A DNA stretch of 63,344 bases, filler included, from Chiloscyllium plagiosum (Eukaryota): NCBI RefSeq assembly GCF_004010195.1. It is 6 parts of one record of this genome, joined end to end, with 100 filler letters (N's around TTAATTAATTAA, not from the genome) between each part and the next. Parts side by side here need not be neighbours in the genome. Positions count along the whole stretch, not along the records: positions 15,908 to 38,649 come from NC_057717.1; 5 more parts are not named here. The stretch is one strand, 5' to 3'. Both the position numbers and the translations under genes were made by a program. The notes below the pieces were generated by a model. It was not told where the DNA came from, searched no databases, and saw only the letters and a list, made by a program, of their open reading frames with translations. This document shows, in pieces, positions 23,640 through 37,200 of this stretch. Within the stretch, counting starts at the first letter, position 1. Every line of letters starts with the position of its first letter.

Positions 23640-25190
23640 AAACATAAAACACAGAACAGAACAGCACAGTCCAGACCCTTCAACCCTTGACGTCCTGCTG
23701 AACTTTTATCCTACTCAAAGACCAGACTGACTGACATACCCTTCATGTGCGTATCCAATGCACTTAAATATCCCTAATGCAGCTGACCCTACTAACGTAC
23801 TTAAATATCTCTAATGCAGTTGACTCTACTAAGCACCCACCACTATCTGTGTAACGAACCTACCCGTGACATCCCTTCAAACTTTCTTCCAATCACCTTA
23901 AAATTATGCCCGCTCGAAATAGCCATTTCCACCCTGCGAGAAAGTCTCTGGCTACCCATTCTACCTATGCCTCTCATCATCTTATACACCTCTATCAAGT
24001 CACCACCTATTCTTCATTGCTCCAAGGAGAAAACCCCTAGCTCCCTCAACTTTTCTTTGTAAGACATGCCCTCGAGTCCAGGCAGCATCCTGGTAAATCT
24101 CCCCGGCACCCACTCCAAAGACTAAACATCTTTGCAGTAATGAGGGAACTAGAACTGAACACAATATTCTAACTGTAGTCTCACCAGAGCTTTTTGGCGC
24201 TGCATCATAACCTTGCGGCTCTAAAACTCAATCCCTGGCTTATGAAAAACCATACATCTTAATAACCTTATCAACTTGGGTGACAACTTTGAGCGTCCTA
24301 TGATATGGAACACTTGATCCCTATGGTCCTCCACACTGCCAATAATCCTGCCTTTTACCTTGTATTCTGCATTCAAATTCGACCTTCCAAAATAAATCAC
24401 TTTACACTTATCCAGGTTGAACTCCATCTGTCATTTACCATCCCCGTTCTGCATCCTGTCAATGTCCAATTACAACCTACAACAGCCCTCCACACTATCC
24501 ATAACTCCAACAGCTTTGTTACATCGTGAAACTTACTCAAGCACCCTTTCACTTTATCATCCAAGTCATTTGCAAAAGTCACAAAGAACAGCAGTCCCAG
24601 AACCAATTCCTGAAGAACGCCACTGATCGCCAAGCTCCAGGCTGCATACTTTCCATGTTCTACCGCCATCAGTTTTCTACAGGCCAGACAATTTTGTATC
24701 CGCACAGACAGATTTCCCTGTTTCCCAGTATCCCATGCCTCCTTACTTTCCGAATGAGCGACATATCAACCACCTTGCTAAAATCCATGTACATCACATC
24801 CACTGCTCTACCTTCATCAATGTGTTTGATCCCATCCTGAAAGAATTCACTAAGCTGTGTGAGGCATGACTTGCCCGTCAAAAGGCCATGCTGACTATCT
24901 CTAATCAAACTATGATTTTCCAAGTAATCATAAATTCTGTCTCTCAGAATCCTTTCCAAAACTTTGCCCAATACAGAAGTAAGACTGACTGGCCTGTATT
25001 TCACAGGATTATCCCTATTGCCTTTCCTGAACAACGGAATAACTTTTTCCACCATCCGATCATCAATCAGTACTTCAGTGGACAGTGGGGACACAAAGAT
25101 CATCGCCAAAGGCGCAGCAGTCTCTTCCCTCACTTCCTCTGGTAACCTCGGGTGCTTCCTGTCTGGTCCAGGGGACTTATCAATCCTTAT
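23640..25190 (-). mobile_element. CR1 LINE RT/3' portion
   Basis: YRPVSLTSVLGKVLERI, YMDFSK, MEFNLDKCKVIYFGR. Confidence 0.9.
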
Positions 25191-25199
25191 GTTTGTGCT

Positions 25200-25485
25200 T
25201 CAATCAATCTGCACCTCACCTCATTTTGTCTACTCCCTTTACAACCAACTGATTGACTGCTTTCCATGTCAGGGCTATATACAGTGCTGCCCTCCTAAGC
25301 AAGTACAGTTCCAAATATTCAATGATTCATGGAATGGAAAAAATTGTGAATGCCTTCCTGATGAAAGGCTTACGCCCAAATCTTTCACTCTCTTGTTCTT
25401 CAGATGCTGCTTGACTCGCTGTGCTTTACAATCACCACACTTTTCGAATCTGATATCCAGCATCTGCAGTCCTCACTTTTTCCAT
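25200..25485 (+). mobile_element. Penelope-like 3' end with a decayed hammerhead motif
   Basis: CCTGATGAAAGGCTTACGCCCAAA...CCAGCATCTGCAGTCCTCACTTT terminus. Confidence 0.65.
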
Positions 25486-25779
25486 TACTGAGGGCTGATC
25501 CCTCTGCACACTGAGCACGGAACTAATCAGCAGGAATTCATTGTATGTGGAGCTGACTGTTCCGTTCTGGAACGTTGCATTTGATTAACACCTTAATTAA
25601 AAAAATTACAATTCTACAATTATTCATTCAGTGCCAGTTACATTTTTTTAGTTCATGGAAAGGCAGCTTGATAACAAAAAGTAAATGACTGAAGAACGCC
25701 GAGGTACAGAGTATTCCAGGTCCTATGTTCCAGGTTGGATGTCATTTCCCTTAAAGCTGACAATATTATCGGACCGACA

Positions 25780-27450
25780 GATTTGAGAAGGGAACGAGAT
25801 GACACGGGGAAGTGGACATTTTTGCCATCACGTAGATGTGTTTGAGGGAGGTCTTGGCTGACAACCCAATATCCTGTAGTACAAGAACTATAGGCAGCAC
25901 AGGAGAGGGGTAAAATGAAGGTGATGCTGCTTTATTAATTATGGAGTCAATGACTGCAGTAAGGACGGAAGATATCTTTGAAGGGTATTCAAATGACGCT
26001 TTGTGGGTTGAGGTTAGGATTAAAACAATGACAGACACACTCCTGGGGATATAGTATAGATTCTAGATAAAAGAAAATACAGGAGCAGATATATAACCAA
26101 TTCATTGAGGTGAGTAAATACAATAATAGGATCATTGTATTCAGGCATTTTAATTCTAAATATTCATTAGGGCAGTGATTTCACTTTTTTAAGAGGGGAT
26201 AAATGTCTTGACGTTTCTTCTAGAGAGCTCCTTATATGAACATGCAGCAGATACAACAATGGGCGGGGCAGTGCCTGGCCTCGCTGTTGAGAATCAAGCC
26301 AGTTAGGTGTTGCAGGCAGGATTGGGAGAGCATTGCAGGACTAGTGTCCGTGACTCAAGCATTTTTAGCGTGTTAAGGAAAAGACCAAAAGAAAAAGGTT
26401 AGAAAAATAAAAAAATAATTTGGATGAGGGAGGCAGATCTTTTCAAAACAAAGACAGGATCTTGCCGCAGTACAGTTAATTCTGGGTGAAACTGTAACAG
26501 AACAGCGTGGCGGTGGTGAGGATTACATGTTCACAATGGAACTGATGAGAGTGTCACTGCAGCATGTTACAACAAAGAAGAAATGTAGGAAAACAAGCCC
26601 GGAGAACCTTGGAAATCTACAAATATTCAGAATGGAATTAAAAATGAAAGAGAAGCTTAAAACAGGCATAAAGTGAGCAGGTCAATGGAGGTCCCAGAAG
26701 AGTAGAGACCGTGTAGGGCTAAACTCAAGAAAGTGAGTAGAAGAGCAAACGTGGTGGGCGGGGTGGGGGCGGTAATAAAAAATATTAGTGGGCAATTTGT
26801 TTTCAAGAATTTAAATACATTTTATCGGTTTATTAAGGGTGAGAGAGTAACAAGAGGAGGCAACCTATGCATAGAACCAGAGAATATGTCAAACACGTAC
26901 TACATAATGGTCTTCACTTTGGAGAAGCAGTTCCTGTCTGCAATGTTTGCTCCTGACAGGGTGACCTTAAGCAAATTGACACAGAAGCTGAGGAAGAATT
27001 GGAAGATGACGCAGGATAAAAAGTGGGCAAACCCCTAGATCCGGATGAACTGTATCTTAGACTGATGCGGAAGATGAGGGAGGAGATTACAGGCTCTTAA
27101 AATTTATGTTGTTTCTTTTTTTGTTTTGCCTCGGCCACAGAGGTGGTATGATCGAACAGGACAACATCTAATGTAGGTTCAACTTCCACACAGAGTGCTA
27201 GAAAAAAAAGCCATGCGATTAAAGACCACTAAGTCTCACATCAGTGGGAGGGAAACAATTTCAGAAAATTGTGATGGTTGGTGCAGAATGATCACTAAAT
27301 ATCTTCAAGGCTGAGATGGGCAGATTTTTAATAAGGGTTACAGGGAAAACGCAGGAAAATGCAATGGAAGGTTATCAGAATAAATGTACCCTAATTGAAA
27401 GGAAAAGCAGAGTCAGCGAGCGGATGGGCATACTGTCGCTCGTATGTCTA
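25780..27450 (+). mobile_element. Highly degenerate CR1 (endonuclease to 3' end, with deletions)
   Basis: Remnants of APE motifs and a CR1 3' UTR-like sequence. Confidence 0.6.
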
Positions 27451-27749
27451 ATGGTAAACCTTTTCTAATAGCCTGTATTCACTGGAATATCAGCATTTCT
27501 TCCCCAGGAGTGGGACACAGTTTGGAATGCAATCAATAGACTCAAGGAATTCATAAATTCAGTACTTATATCAGAAAAGACCAGAGGACTGTGACAACTC
27601 GCATTGGCTGTCAGGGTGAATATGTGCAACAGCACAGTCACCACTATGAGAAGCAAGACACCCTCCAAGTCCAAGCATTAGCATAGTGTTAATGAGCGCC
27701 GAAGGCCCAGAAAATACGCCATTGTGTTGGCTCCCTCTAAAACTAAATG

Positions 27750-30700
27750 TGGAGTGGTCGGTTGACGTGTTGTTAGTGGCAGAGCAGGTAGAAATGCTTT
27801 GGTTCCAGAGGCTTCAGTGAGCAGCAGCTTAGCATAAGTTGCAGGTAAGTTCAAGTAAAGTCTTTTTAACGCTAGTCTGACAGCAGTTGAGATGGCAGTT
27901 AGGGCAGTTACATGTTCCTCCTGCGGGATTTGGGAGCTGAGAGAGATTTCCACCGTCCCTGATGACTACACGTGTGGGCAGTGGAACCAGCTGCAGCTCC
28001 TGGGAGACCGTGTTCAGGAGCTGGACCTGGCTACTCTCCGGATCATCCAAGATACTGAGAATTTCATAGATAAGAGCTTTAGTGAGGTGGTAACATCCAT
28101 GTCCCCCCTTAGCCATGTTTCTGTAAAGACTATAATATCCCAGTTCCATGTAAAGATCCACGCCCTGAGTTCATATACATTACCTGTCAGCCCTGTTTCA
28201 TTTAAAGAAACGCAATTTAATCCAACAGGCGTTCCTTGCTGCCTGTCATGTTCCAGGCATCAAGAAGCTGGGCGACCACCTGGAATGGCGAAGGGAGTAG
28301 GCAGGGAATGCAGGAATCCCCTGTGGCAATTCCACTCGAAAACAAGTGTACCATTTTGGTTACTGATTTTGTGTGTGTTGGGAGATGGGGGATGGGTGTC
28401 AGGAAATGACAGTTCAGGGGAAAGCAGCAATAGCCAGATTGGTTGCACTGCGACTGGCTCTGGGATAGGATAAAGATGAACAGGGTGTTAGAGATAGGAC
28501 ATTCGATTGTTAGGGGGACAGGTCGGAGTTTTGCGGCCACAAAGGGGAAACCAGGAGGGTGTGTGGCCTCTCAGGTGTCCGGGTCCAGTATGTCTCTGAG
28601 TGGCTGCTGAACGTTCTCGGGGAGTAAGGGAGTGGGGGTGGGGCGTGTGAGCTGATAGAAGTCATTGTGCGCGTTGGTACAAATGACACAGGTAGACAAA
28701 GGAATGTGGTCTTACAGAGTGATTACTGAGAGCTAGGAGAAAAGTTAAAAACCTGGACCTTGACAGTGGTAATCTCCTGATTACTTCCAGTGTCATGAGG
28801 TAGTGAAGGATAGGAGGATATGGCAGATAAATATGTGACTAAAGAATTGGTGCAGGGGGAGGGATTCATATTTTTAGATCATTGGGAGCTTTTCTGTGAC
28901 AGAGTTGACATGTTCATGGGGGTCTGGTGTCACATGCACTGGGGTGGGGGGAGAAAAACCAATATCTTCGCAGCCTGTTTTGCGAGTGCAACAAGGGAGT
29001 GTTTAAACGATATCGGCAGGAGGTAGTATCCTCAAGAACAGGGAGGCAAATGTGAGGCTGGAAGGTGATACAGTATTCAGAATAGTACGTTGAAGAGATA
29101 GATCAGGCTGGAATGTGATCGGGAGCAAGGAATGCCTATGGATTAAATTGCATTTATTTCACTGCAAAAGGACTAACAGGAAAGGCCGATGAATTCAGGG
29201 TGTAGATAGGTAATCGGCGCTGGATAGAGTAGCTATTACAGAAACATGGCTGAGAGATGGATAGGACTGACAGCTTAATGTACCAGGGTAAAGTGCATGA
29301 GGAGGGACAGAGCTGGTGGAAAGAGGGGAGGGGAATTGCATTTCTGATTATCACAGCAGTGATCAGAGAAAAAAAAACAACTGATGAATCATCCAGTGAG
29401 GCTTTGTGGGTGGAACTAAGAAAAAAGAAGGGTATGGTGACATTAATGGGGTTGTACTATAGGCCCCCAAATATTCAACAGGAAGTACAGGAACAAAAAT
29501 ATATACTGAGATTGGGGAGACTTGCCGGAACATTCGGATTGTCGTAATAGGGGTTTTAATTTTTATAACACAGACTGGAACTGCCAGAGTATAAAGGGAT
29601 TCGATGGGATGGAATCAAGTAAGTGCATCAGGAAGCTTTCCTAAAGCAGTATACAGAGGGTCCTAATCTGGAAGGAGCAAAATTTGACCTACTCTTAAGA
29701 AATAGGTCAGGACCGGTGAGGGAGGTGACAGTAGATGTGCAGTTTGGGACCAGTGACCATATTTCTATGAATTTTAAAATAGTTATGGAGAGGGGAAAAA
29801 AATGGTCCACAGATTTAAGTTCTAAATTAAGGTAAGGTTAATTTTGATGGACTTAGACATGATTTTGCAGGGGTTGATTAGAGTAATTTGTTTGCAAGCA
29901 AAGGGAGCTCCGGCAAATGGGAGTTTAAGATCTATATGTTCCTGTGAGGGTGAAAGCAAACTTGACAGGAATGAGGAACCCTGAATGACAAGAGATGTTT
30001 AGGCTTTGACCAAACGAAATGTGGAGGCCTGGCTCAGGTAGAGGCAGCTAGAATCAAGGAAATCCCTGGAGGTGTGCAGGGGATATAGGAGTTTACTGAA
30101 GAAGGAAATCAGGAGGGCGCATGGGGGTATGAGATAACCTTGACTGAGAACATCAGGGTGAATACAAAGTGGTGCTTTAAGTATATTAAAGGAAAGGCAT
30201 TAAATAGAGAGAGAATAGGAGCTCTCAAAGACCAAAGTGGATATGTATGTGTAGTAACATAAGAGATAGGCTATGTCCTCAACAAATATTTCTCCTCTAC
30301 GTTTACAGTGGGGAAAGACATGAATACATGGGAATTTGAGGAAATTAGTGGTGATATCTTGGGGAAGTCCATATCACAGTCGAGGAGGTATTGGAGGTAC
30401 GAGAATGCTTGAAGTTGGAGAAATCTCATGGGCCTTACCAGATATATCCAAGATCACTGCAAGGGGCTAGAGAAGAATTTGCGGGGGCCCTGGCTGATAA
30501 TTCTGATCATCAGTTACTACAGGTGAGATCCCAGAAGACTGAAGGATAGCAAATGTTGTGCCCTTATTCAAGTAGGTCTGCAAAATAAAACCTGGGAAGT
30601 ACAGACCTTTCATCTTAACATCTGTGGTCGGTAAATTACTTGAGAAGATTCTGCGGGATAAGGTGTACATGCATTCGGAAAACAGGGTTTGATTAGGAAT

Positions 30701-31030
30701 AGTAAGCATGGCTTTATGAGTGGTAGTTCACGCCTGACGAACTTGTTAAAACTCTTTGGGGATGTGACTAGGAAGGTCGAGTAGGGCAGGCCGGTAGACG
30801 TCCAAACGTGTGCTGCTGGAAAAGCACAGCAGGTAAGGCAGCATTCGACGGGCGGGAGAATCGACATTTCCGGCATAATCCCATCATGAGGAATGTACAA
30901 AACGTCGATACTCCTGCTTCTCTGATGCTGCCTGACGTTGGGCTTTTCCAGTGCCATACTTTACGAATCTGATCTCCAGCATCTGCAGTGATCACTTTCT
31001 CCAACGGTGGTAGACCTGGTCTATATGTAT
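27750..31030 (+). mobile_element. CR1 LINE with 5' UTR, ORF1 (Zn finger, SGNH esterase) and ORF2 to the RT start; paralog of 47380-50690
   Basis: MAVRAVTCSSCGIWE...DDYTCG; IGHSIVRGT, VIVRVGTND; LWVELRKKKG..LMGLYYRPPN. Confidence 0.88.
30800..31003. mobile_element. Fold-back Penelope-terminus element (decayed), also present in the paralog at 47393-47598
   Basis: Inverted arms CTGGAAAAGCACAGCAGG...GAATCGAC and GTCGATACTCC...CTTTTCCAG; flanked by GGTAGAC on both sides. Confidence 0.7.
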
Positions 31031-32221
31031 TTCAGTTACACCAGAACAGGATGAAGCTTTTTAGCCCCTGGAGCATGATATACAGTTACAGTCGCAGACG
31101 AATCAGCCCCTCGATTCGATAGAACTAGACCCATTCTCGATCATCCAGCAACAGTATCTGACTATTCAGCTACATGAAGTCAGTAACACAGGAAATAGAA
31201 GAGCCAACAAAGTGACTGGACTATGGGGTATACTGGAATAGCATCAGGCTATATAGCCCCTCAAGCCTGCCCTTCCCTTCAGCAAGTCAGGGCTAATCTC
31301 TGTCGACCGCAATTTCTCTTTCATGTCCAATTCTTTGTAGCCCTCAACTCCCTGATGTGTCAAAATCCATTAACATCGTCCTGTGCCCTAAATCATTTCA
31401 GAAGTGCAGCTGTCTGGGACAGAGAAGCCACAACAGTCGCTACCCTCTGAGAGAAGGAAACAGTCCCCACACATATACCTTGGCCTATTGACATGAGCCA
31501 AAGAAATGAACATAGCGTCCAGCTGTCAACTGGATTCATTCCTACCATTGAGCAACTCGGTGGTATCTTTTACCTGTGTTTCCGACCTCACCATGCCGCC
31601 TCCTCCTACTCCCCCAACTCGCCTCTTTTTCTGTACACCCATTCCCAGTCATGAAGAAAGGTTATACCCAAGGTGTGGACTTCTTCTCCTGATGCTGCCT
31701 GGTTTGTTGTGTTCTTTTAGCCTCCTGCCTTCCAACATTCGCATTTTTATACCAAAATCACTTCTTGTGTAATACGTCAGAGAGAGTGAACGAGCTGTGC
31801 CTCTTCTTATCCAATAGCTGCGATGGGCTGAATGGGGTTCTCATATTTCTGTGAAACCAGCTTTAGATGTCGAATGAATTCCTCGTTTTTAGTGCTGTGG
31901 AAATGTTCAGGTTCCAGTAGTACTGTTACATGAATGTTACCTACACGTTAACAGCAAGAGCTTCAATATTGTCCAGGGTTTGATGCTTTGTGCGATCTTT
32001 TCTGAACATCCTCACTTCTGATCGAATGACGGAGGGTAAGACGTTGCTGAAGCAGCTGAAGGTGTTGGTGCCGAGGAAGCCCACAGAGATATCCTGGGAC
32101 TGGGAGGATTGATCTCCACCAGCCGCATTGTGTTCTGAATGGCCCAACCAGTGGGGAGTTTACAACTGATTCCCATTAGGTTCAATTTTATTCAGTCTCC
32201 TTGACACCTTGTTCAGTCATG

Positions 32222-34330
32222 GGGTAAAAACAAGGACTGCAGATACTGGAAACCAGAGTCTAGATTAGAGTGGTGCGGGAAAAGCACAGCAGGTCAGGTA
32301 GCATCCGAGGAGCAGGAAAATCGACGTTTCTGGCAAAAGCCCTTCATCAGGAATAGAGGCAGTGTCCCTGAAGAGTGGAGAGACAAATGAGAAGTGGGTG
32401 GAGGTGAGGAGAAAGTAGCACACAGTACAATAGGTAAATGGGGTGGGGATGGAGGTCATAAGTCAGGGAGGAGGGTGGGAGAAGATAGCAAAGAGGCCAA
32501 TAGGTGAATGAGGGGTGGGGATGAAGGTGCTAGGTCAGAGGGGAGGGTGGAGTGGATAGGTAGAAAGGAAGATACGCAAGTAGGACAGGTCATGGGGACG
32601 ATACTGAGCTGGAAGTTTGGAACTGCGGTGAGGTGGGGGAAGGGGAAATGAGGAAGCTGGTGAAGTCCAAATTGAAGCCCTGGGGTTGAAGTGTTCTGAG
32701 GCGGAAGATGAGGCGTTCTTACCCCAGGCTTCAGGTGGTGAGGGATCGGCGGTGGAGGACGCCCAGGACCTGCATGTCCTCAGCAGAGTGGGAGGGGGAG
32801 TTGAAATGTTGGGCCACAGGGCGGTGAGTTTGATTGGTGCGGGTGTGCTGGAGATGTTCCCTAAAGCGCTCTGCTAGGAGGCGTCCAGTCTCCCCAATGT
32901 AGAGGAGACCTGTTCGGGAGCAACGGATGCAATAAATGATATTTGTGAATGTGCAGGTAAGACTTTGATCGATTTAGGGCCTTAGATGGAGGTGAGGCAG
33001 GAGGTGTGAGCGCAGGTGGCAGGGGAGGATGCCAGGAAGGGAGGGTGGACCTGACCAGGTAGTCACGGAGGGAACGGTCTTTGCGGAAGAACTGTGGTCT
33101 CTAAAGAAGGAGGCCATCTGGTGTGTTCTGCGGTGGAACTGATCCTCCTGGGAGCAGATACGGCGGAGGTGGAGGAATTGGGAATACGGAATGGTATTTT
33201 TGCAGCAGGTAGGGCGGGAAGAGTTGTAATCCAGGTAGCTGTGGGAGTCAGTAAAAATGTCAGTGTCAAGTCAATTGTCATTAATGGAGATGGAAAGGTT
33301 CAGGACGGAAGGGCGGTGTCAGAGATGGTCCAGGTAAATTTAAAGGCCGGGGGAAATGTGTTAATGAAGTTGATGAATTGCTCAACCTCCATTTGGGAGC
33401 ACGAGGTGGCGCCAATGCAGTCATCAAAATAGCGGAGGAAGAGGTGAGAGTGGTGCCGGTGTAACTACGGAAGATGGACTGTTCTACGTCGCCAACCAAG
33501 AGACAGGCAGAGCTGGGGCCCTTACGGGTACCCATGGCTCCCCTTTGGTCTGGAGGAAATGGGAGGCTTTGAAGGAGAAATTGTTAAGGGTGAGGACCAG
33601 TTCAGCCAAACGAACGAGAGTGTTAGTAGAAGCGTACTTTTGGGGACATCGGGAGAGGAAGAAACAGAGAGCTTGGAGGCAGTGGTCATGGCGATTGGAG
33701 GTGTAGAGTGGTTGGATGTCCATGGTAAAGATGACGCGTTGGGGGCCGGACAAACGGACGTCTTGGAGGAGGTGGAGGGCGTGGGTGGTGTCTCGAATGT
33801 ATGTGGGGAGTTTCTGGTTTAAGAAGGATAGGACAATGTCGAGGTAGGTATAGACGAGTTCGGTGGAGCAGGAGCATGCTGAGACAATGGGTCAGCCAGT
33901 GTGGGCAGGCTTGTGGATCTTGGGAAGGAGGTAGAACCGGGCAGTGCGGAGTTCCCAGACAATGAGGTTGGAAGCTGTGGGTGGGAGATCGCCTCCTGAG
34001 GCGATGAGTTTCTGTATGGCCTGGGAAATTATGGTTTGTTTTTGGGGAGGTGTGGTCATGGTCGAAGGGTCGGTAAGACGAGGTGTCTTTGAGTTAGCGT
34101 CTGGCTTCAGAGGTGTTGATGTCAGTGCGCCAAACTACCACAGCACCCCCTTTGTCCGCTGGTCTGATGGTGAGGTTTGGATTGGAGCAGGGGGAGTGGA
34201 GGGCTGTGCGTTGTGAGGGTGAGAGGTCGGAGTGGGGAAAGGGGGTAGACAGGTTGAGATGGTTAATGCCTTGGCGGCAGTTGGAAATTAAGACATCGAG
34301 GGCCGGCAATAGGCCAGCACGCGGTGTCCA
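32222..34330 (-). mobile_element. Penelope-like element: RT, GIY-YIG and 3' pseudo-LTR, frameshifted
   Basis: TIRPADKGGAVVVW, IFTMDIQPLYT, LAELVLTLNNFSF, MGTRKGPS, RYFDD; terminus CCTGATGAAGGGCTTTTGCCAGAAACGTCGA. Confidence 0.9.
32320..32354 (-). ncRNA. Minimal type I hammerhead ribozyme motif in the Penelope pLTR
   Basis: AUUC-CUGAUGA-AGGGC-UUUU-GCCA-GAA-ACGU-C-GAUU. Confidence 0.65.
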
Positions 34331-36277
34331 GGGATGGATGGAGTGTGAAATAGCAGTATGCCATTGATGCTGCAAAGTGACAAACCAACGAAGTAGAGAC
34401 TGCAAAGGCAGACTGCTCCATGTTGTTCCTCCTAGCTCCCTTGATAATGGTTCACATGTCTTACATTATGGTGGTTTGATGATGGTAAGGAGACACACCG
34501 GATGGTTTGTGCGATGTTCCAAGGAAGCATCTTCCATCTCTGAGAAGACAGGCTAATTATCTGCACCGATGTCAAAAGCTTTTGAGAACGGTCAACTCTT
34601 TCAGAGTGTGGCTGCTGTCAGGTTTGTGAACAACATGATGCTCAGTGCAGGGTCTCAATCCAACTGTACATTGAGACGGTGAGAGTTTGTTCAGAACTTG
34701 GAGCTCTCACTCAACCAACAAGGGGGTTCCACAGAGATAAGTAAATTATCGCAGAGTCATAGAGTTCAACAGGCCCTTTAGCCCAAACTGTCCATTCCGA
34801 CTAAAATGTTCGTCTATGCTAACTCCATTCCCTGCACTTGGCCCATATACTTCTAAACATTTCCGATCAAGAATTTGTCCAAATGTGAAATTATGTATTG
34901 CTGGAAACACGTTATATTTCACGATATCAATGTTTTGTTTTGGAAATAGTGAATGTTGGTTAATAACACTCAAGTTTTATTGCAATCACATTTTATTTTT
35001 TTGTCGCATTACAAGTTACACACTCATTTCCTTCACAATCTCCCCATGGTACCATCACTGCATGGATTAGTCTGGTGTAACACCTTTACACTGTCTCATT
35101 GTTGTAAGTAGATCATTACTTACAAAGGAGAGAAAATCTGTTCACAGTGCCCCAAACACTGTCTCAATATTACTCTTCAACTTCAATAAAGTGTCTTCAC
35201 TCTTATACTTCCATCATTTTTCAAAGAAGGACAGCAGACATTTACTGTGCTGTTTACGTACTGCTCCGTATGACTTCTGCCAGTGGCTCATGACCAAGAA
35301 CATCCAGCTCCTATTCACTAAGAGCACTTCCCATCATCTCGCCTTCTCATAAATACAAAATGAGAAGGATGGTATGTTTTGCCAGATCATTTCATTGCCT
35401 TGCAAAGCGCTTTGCTTTCAGCACAGCCACGCTGACAGCACACCACTATTGCCATGGAAATGGTTGAAGATACTGAGGAGGTAATGATCTAGCTGTGTTA
35501 TCTCTGGAATATTAACCCAGGGACACAGGTGATGACCCAGACTCCGGATTTCAACCTCTCCACGGCACATGTTGGAATTTGAATTCAATAAAATATCAGG
35601 AATTGTGAATCAAATGAAACAACGAAACCACTGTGTTTGTCCTACCTGACACACGCATGCCCTTCAGGGACGGAAATCTACCATCTTCACCTGTTCGTTC
35701 TTACATGTGATTCCAGATTCACAGCACTGTGGTTAACACACCATTGCAATTTGAAATGGCCAAGCCAGCCACTCAGTTACATCATTCACTACAAAGTCTC
35801 AAAGAAATAAAACCGGACGGATCTTAGCACTGACTACTGAGAGCCCATGGACTGCAGTGCATCAGGAAGACAGCTCATCAACACCTTCTCCCGACAATGA
35901 GGAAAGCGAATTAAATACTGGTCCAGCATCCTATTAATGAATACAGGAAGATGATCACGTTCAGGGAAGAGAGACAAAGGGACATAACTCACTTCAAACC
36001 GGGTCTTTGATGTACACCTTACGTGGGCATGAATTTCAATAATAGGGGAACAGGAGAAAATTAAATAAGATTAATCTGGATTTTTATTTCCATTCCAACT
36101 GATCATCATTAATCCCTCTGTTTGTTTCTTTCTCTCTATCTCTTTCTTTCTCTATCTATTCAACTCACTCCTTCTCCCCTTCACAACAGACATCCCTGTC
36201 ACCAACATCAATCACAACATTTCCCAGCTGCGTTCAGTTTTGATGCAAGGCCGTTGGACTCGAAATGTCACTTGTAT

Positions 36278-36472
36278 TTTTCTCTCGAACCGAGGCTGCC
36301 AAATCCCTTCAGTTTCTCTGGCACTTCCTCGTTTTTTCTGTTTCTGATCTCTAGCATCAGTCTTTGTTTTTTTTTTCTCTCGAACTGAGGCTGCCAAATC
36401 CCTTCAGTTTCTCTGGCACTTACTCGTTTTTTCTGTTTCTGATCTCCAGCATCAGTCTTTGTTTTTTTTTTC
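36278..36472 (+). repeat. ~98-bp tandem duplication
   Basis: TCTCTCGAAC.GAGGCTGCCAAATCCCTTCAGTTTCTCTGGCACTT...GCATCAGTCTTTGTTTTTTTTT occurs twice. Confidence 0.9.
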
Positions 36473-37200
36473 AACCTTTCATGTTGTTATTACATGGGAT
36501 GTCTGCATCACTGCCAAGGGTAGCACTTGTTGACCTGACTAAATGCCTTTTACTGTGAGGCCATTACCTAAAGGCAGTTGGTCTGACGTCAGTCTTAATA
36601 CAGACCAGGTAATAATGCTGGATTTCTTTACCAAAGGATAACAGTGAAATAGATAAACTTATTGACGAAGTACTGGTGACATTATATTAGTAAAATTCGC
36701 TTTTATTCCCTGTTCCTGTCATTTGAATTTAAGTTCTGTTATCCTCTGAAGTAGGATTTGAAACAGTGTCTTGAGTGTAGTACCCTGGGCCACTGAATTA
36801 CGTGACCAGCGACATTACTACTCTGACACAGTGTTCCTGTCATGAATTTACTTTACAGGCAAGAACAAGATTGTGATGGAAACATTTGTAACGGAAAAAG
36901 TGATAAGAAGAGAACTGGAACCATAAAGTCTGAATTTTACCAAGGTATAGATGGGGTCTGGGGATATCATGGAGCTGGTTGTGGGTAGCTTTGGTGATGG
37001 AGAGAATACCAAGACATAAATCAATTCGTGACAGATAGGTACTTCGGGATTGTGAACAGTCTTGTTCTCAGATGTTTGTGAGAGCGGGGTGTGGGCGGTT
37101 CTGAAATTTGTGGGGAATGAATGGATTTGCATTTGAAACTGAAGACAGTAGTTTCAATCTTTACTATATATTGATAACAGAAATATCACTGAAGTTCGCC

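Noticed and set aside
27465..27674. Hydrophobic minus-strand ORF as a candidate GPCR exon 2
   Set aside because: It is only 69 aa and has no class A motifs or convincing phase-1 acceptor.
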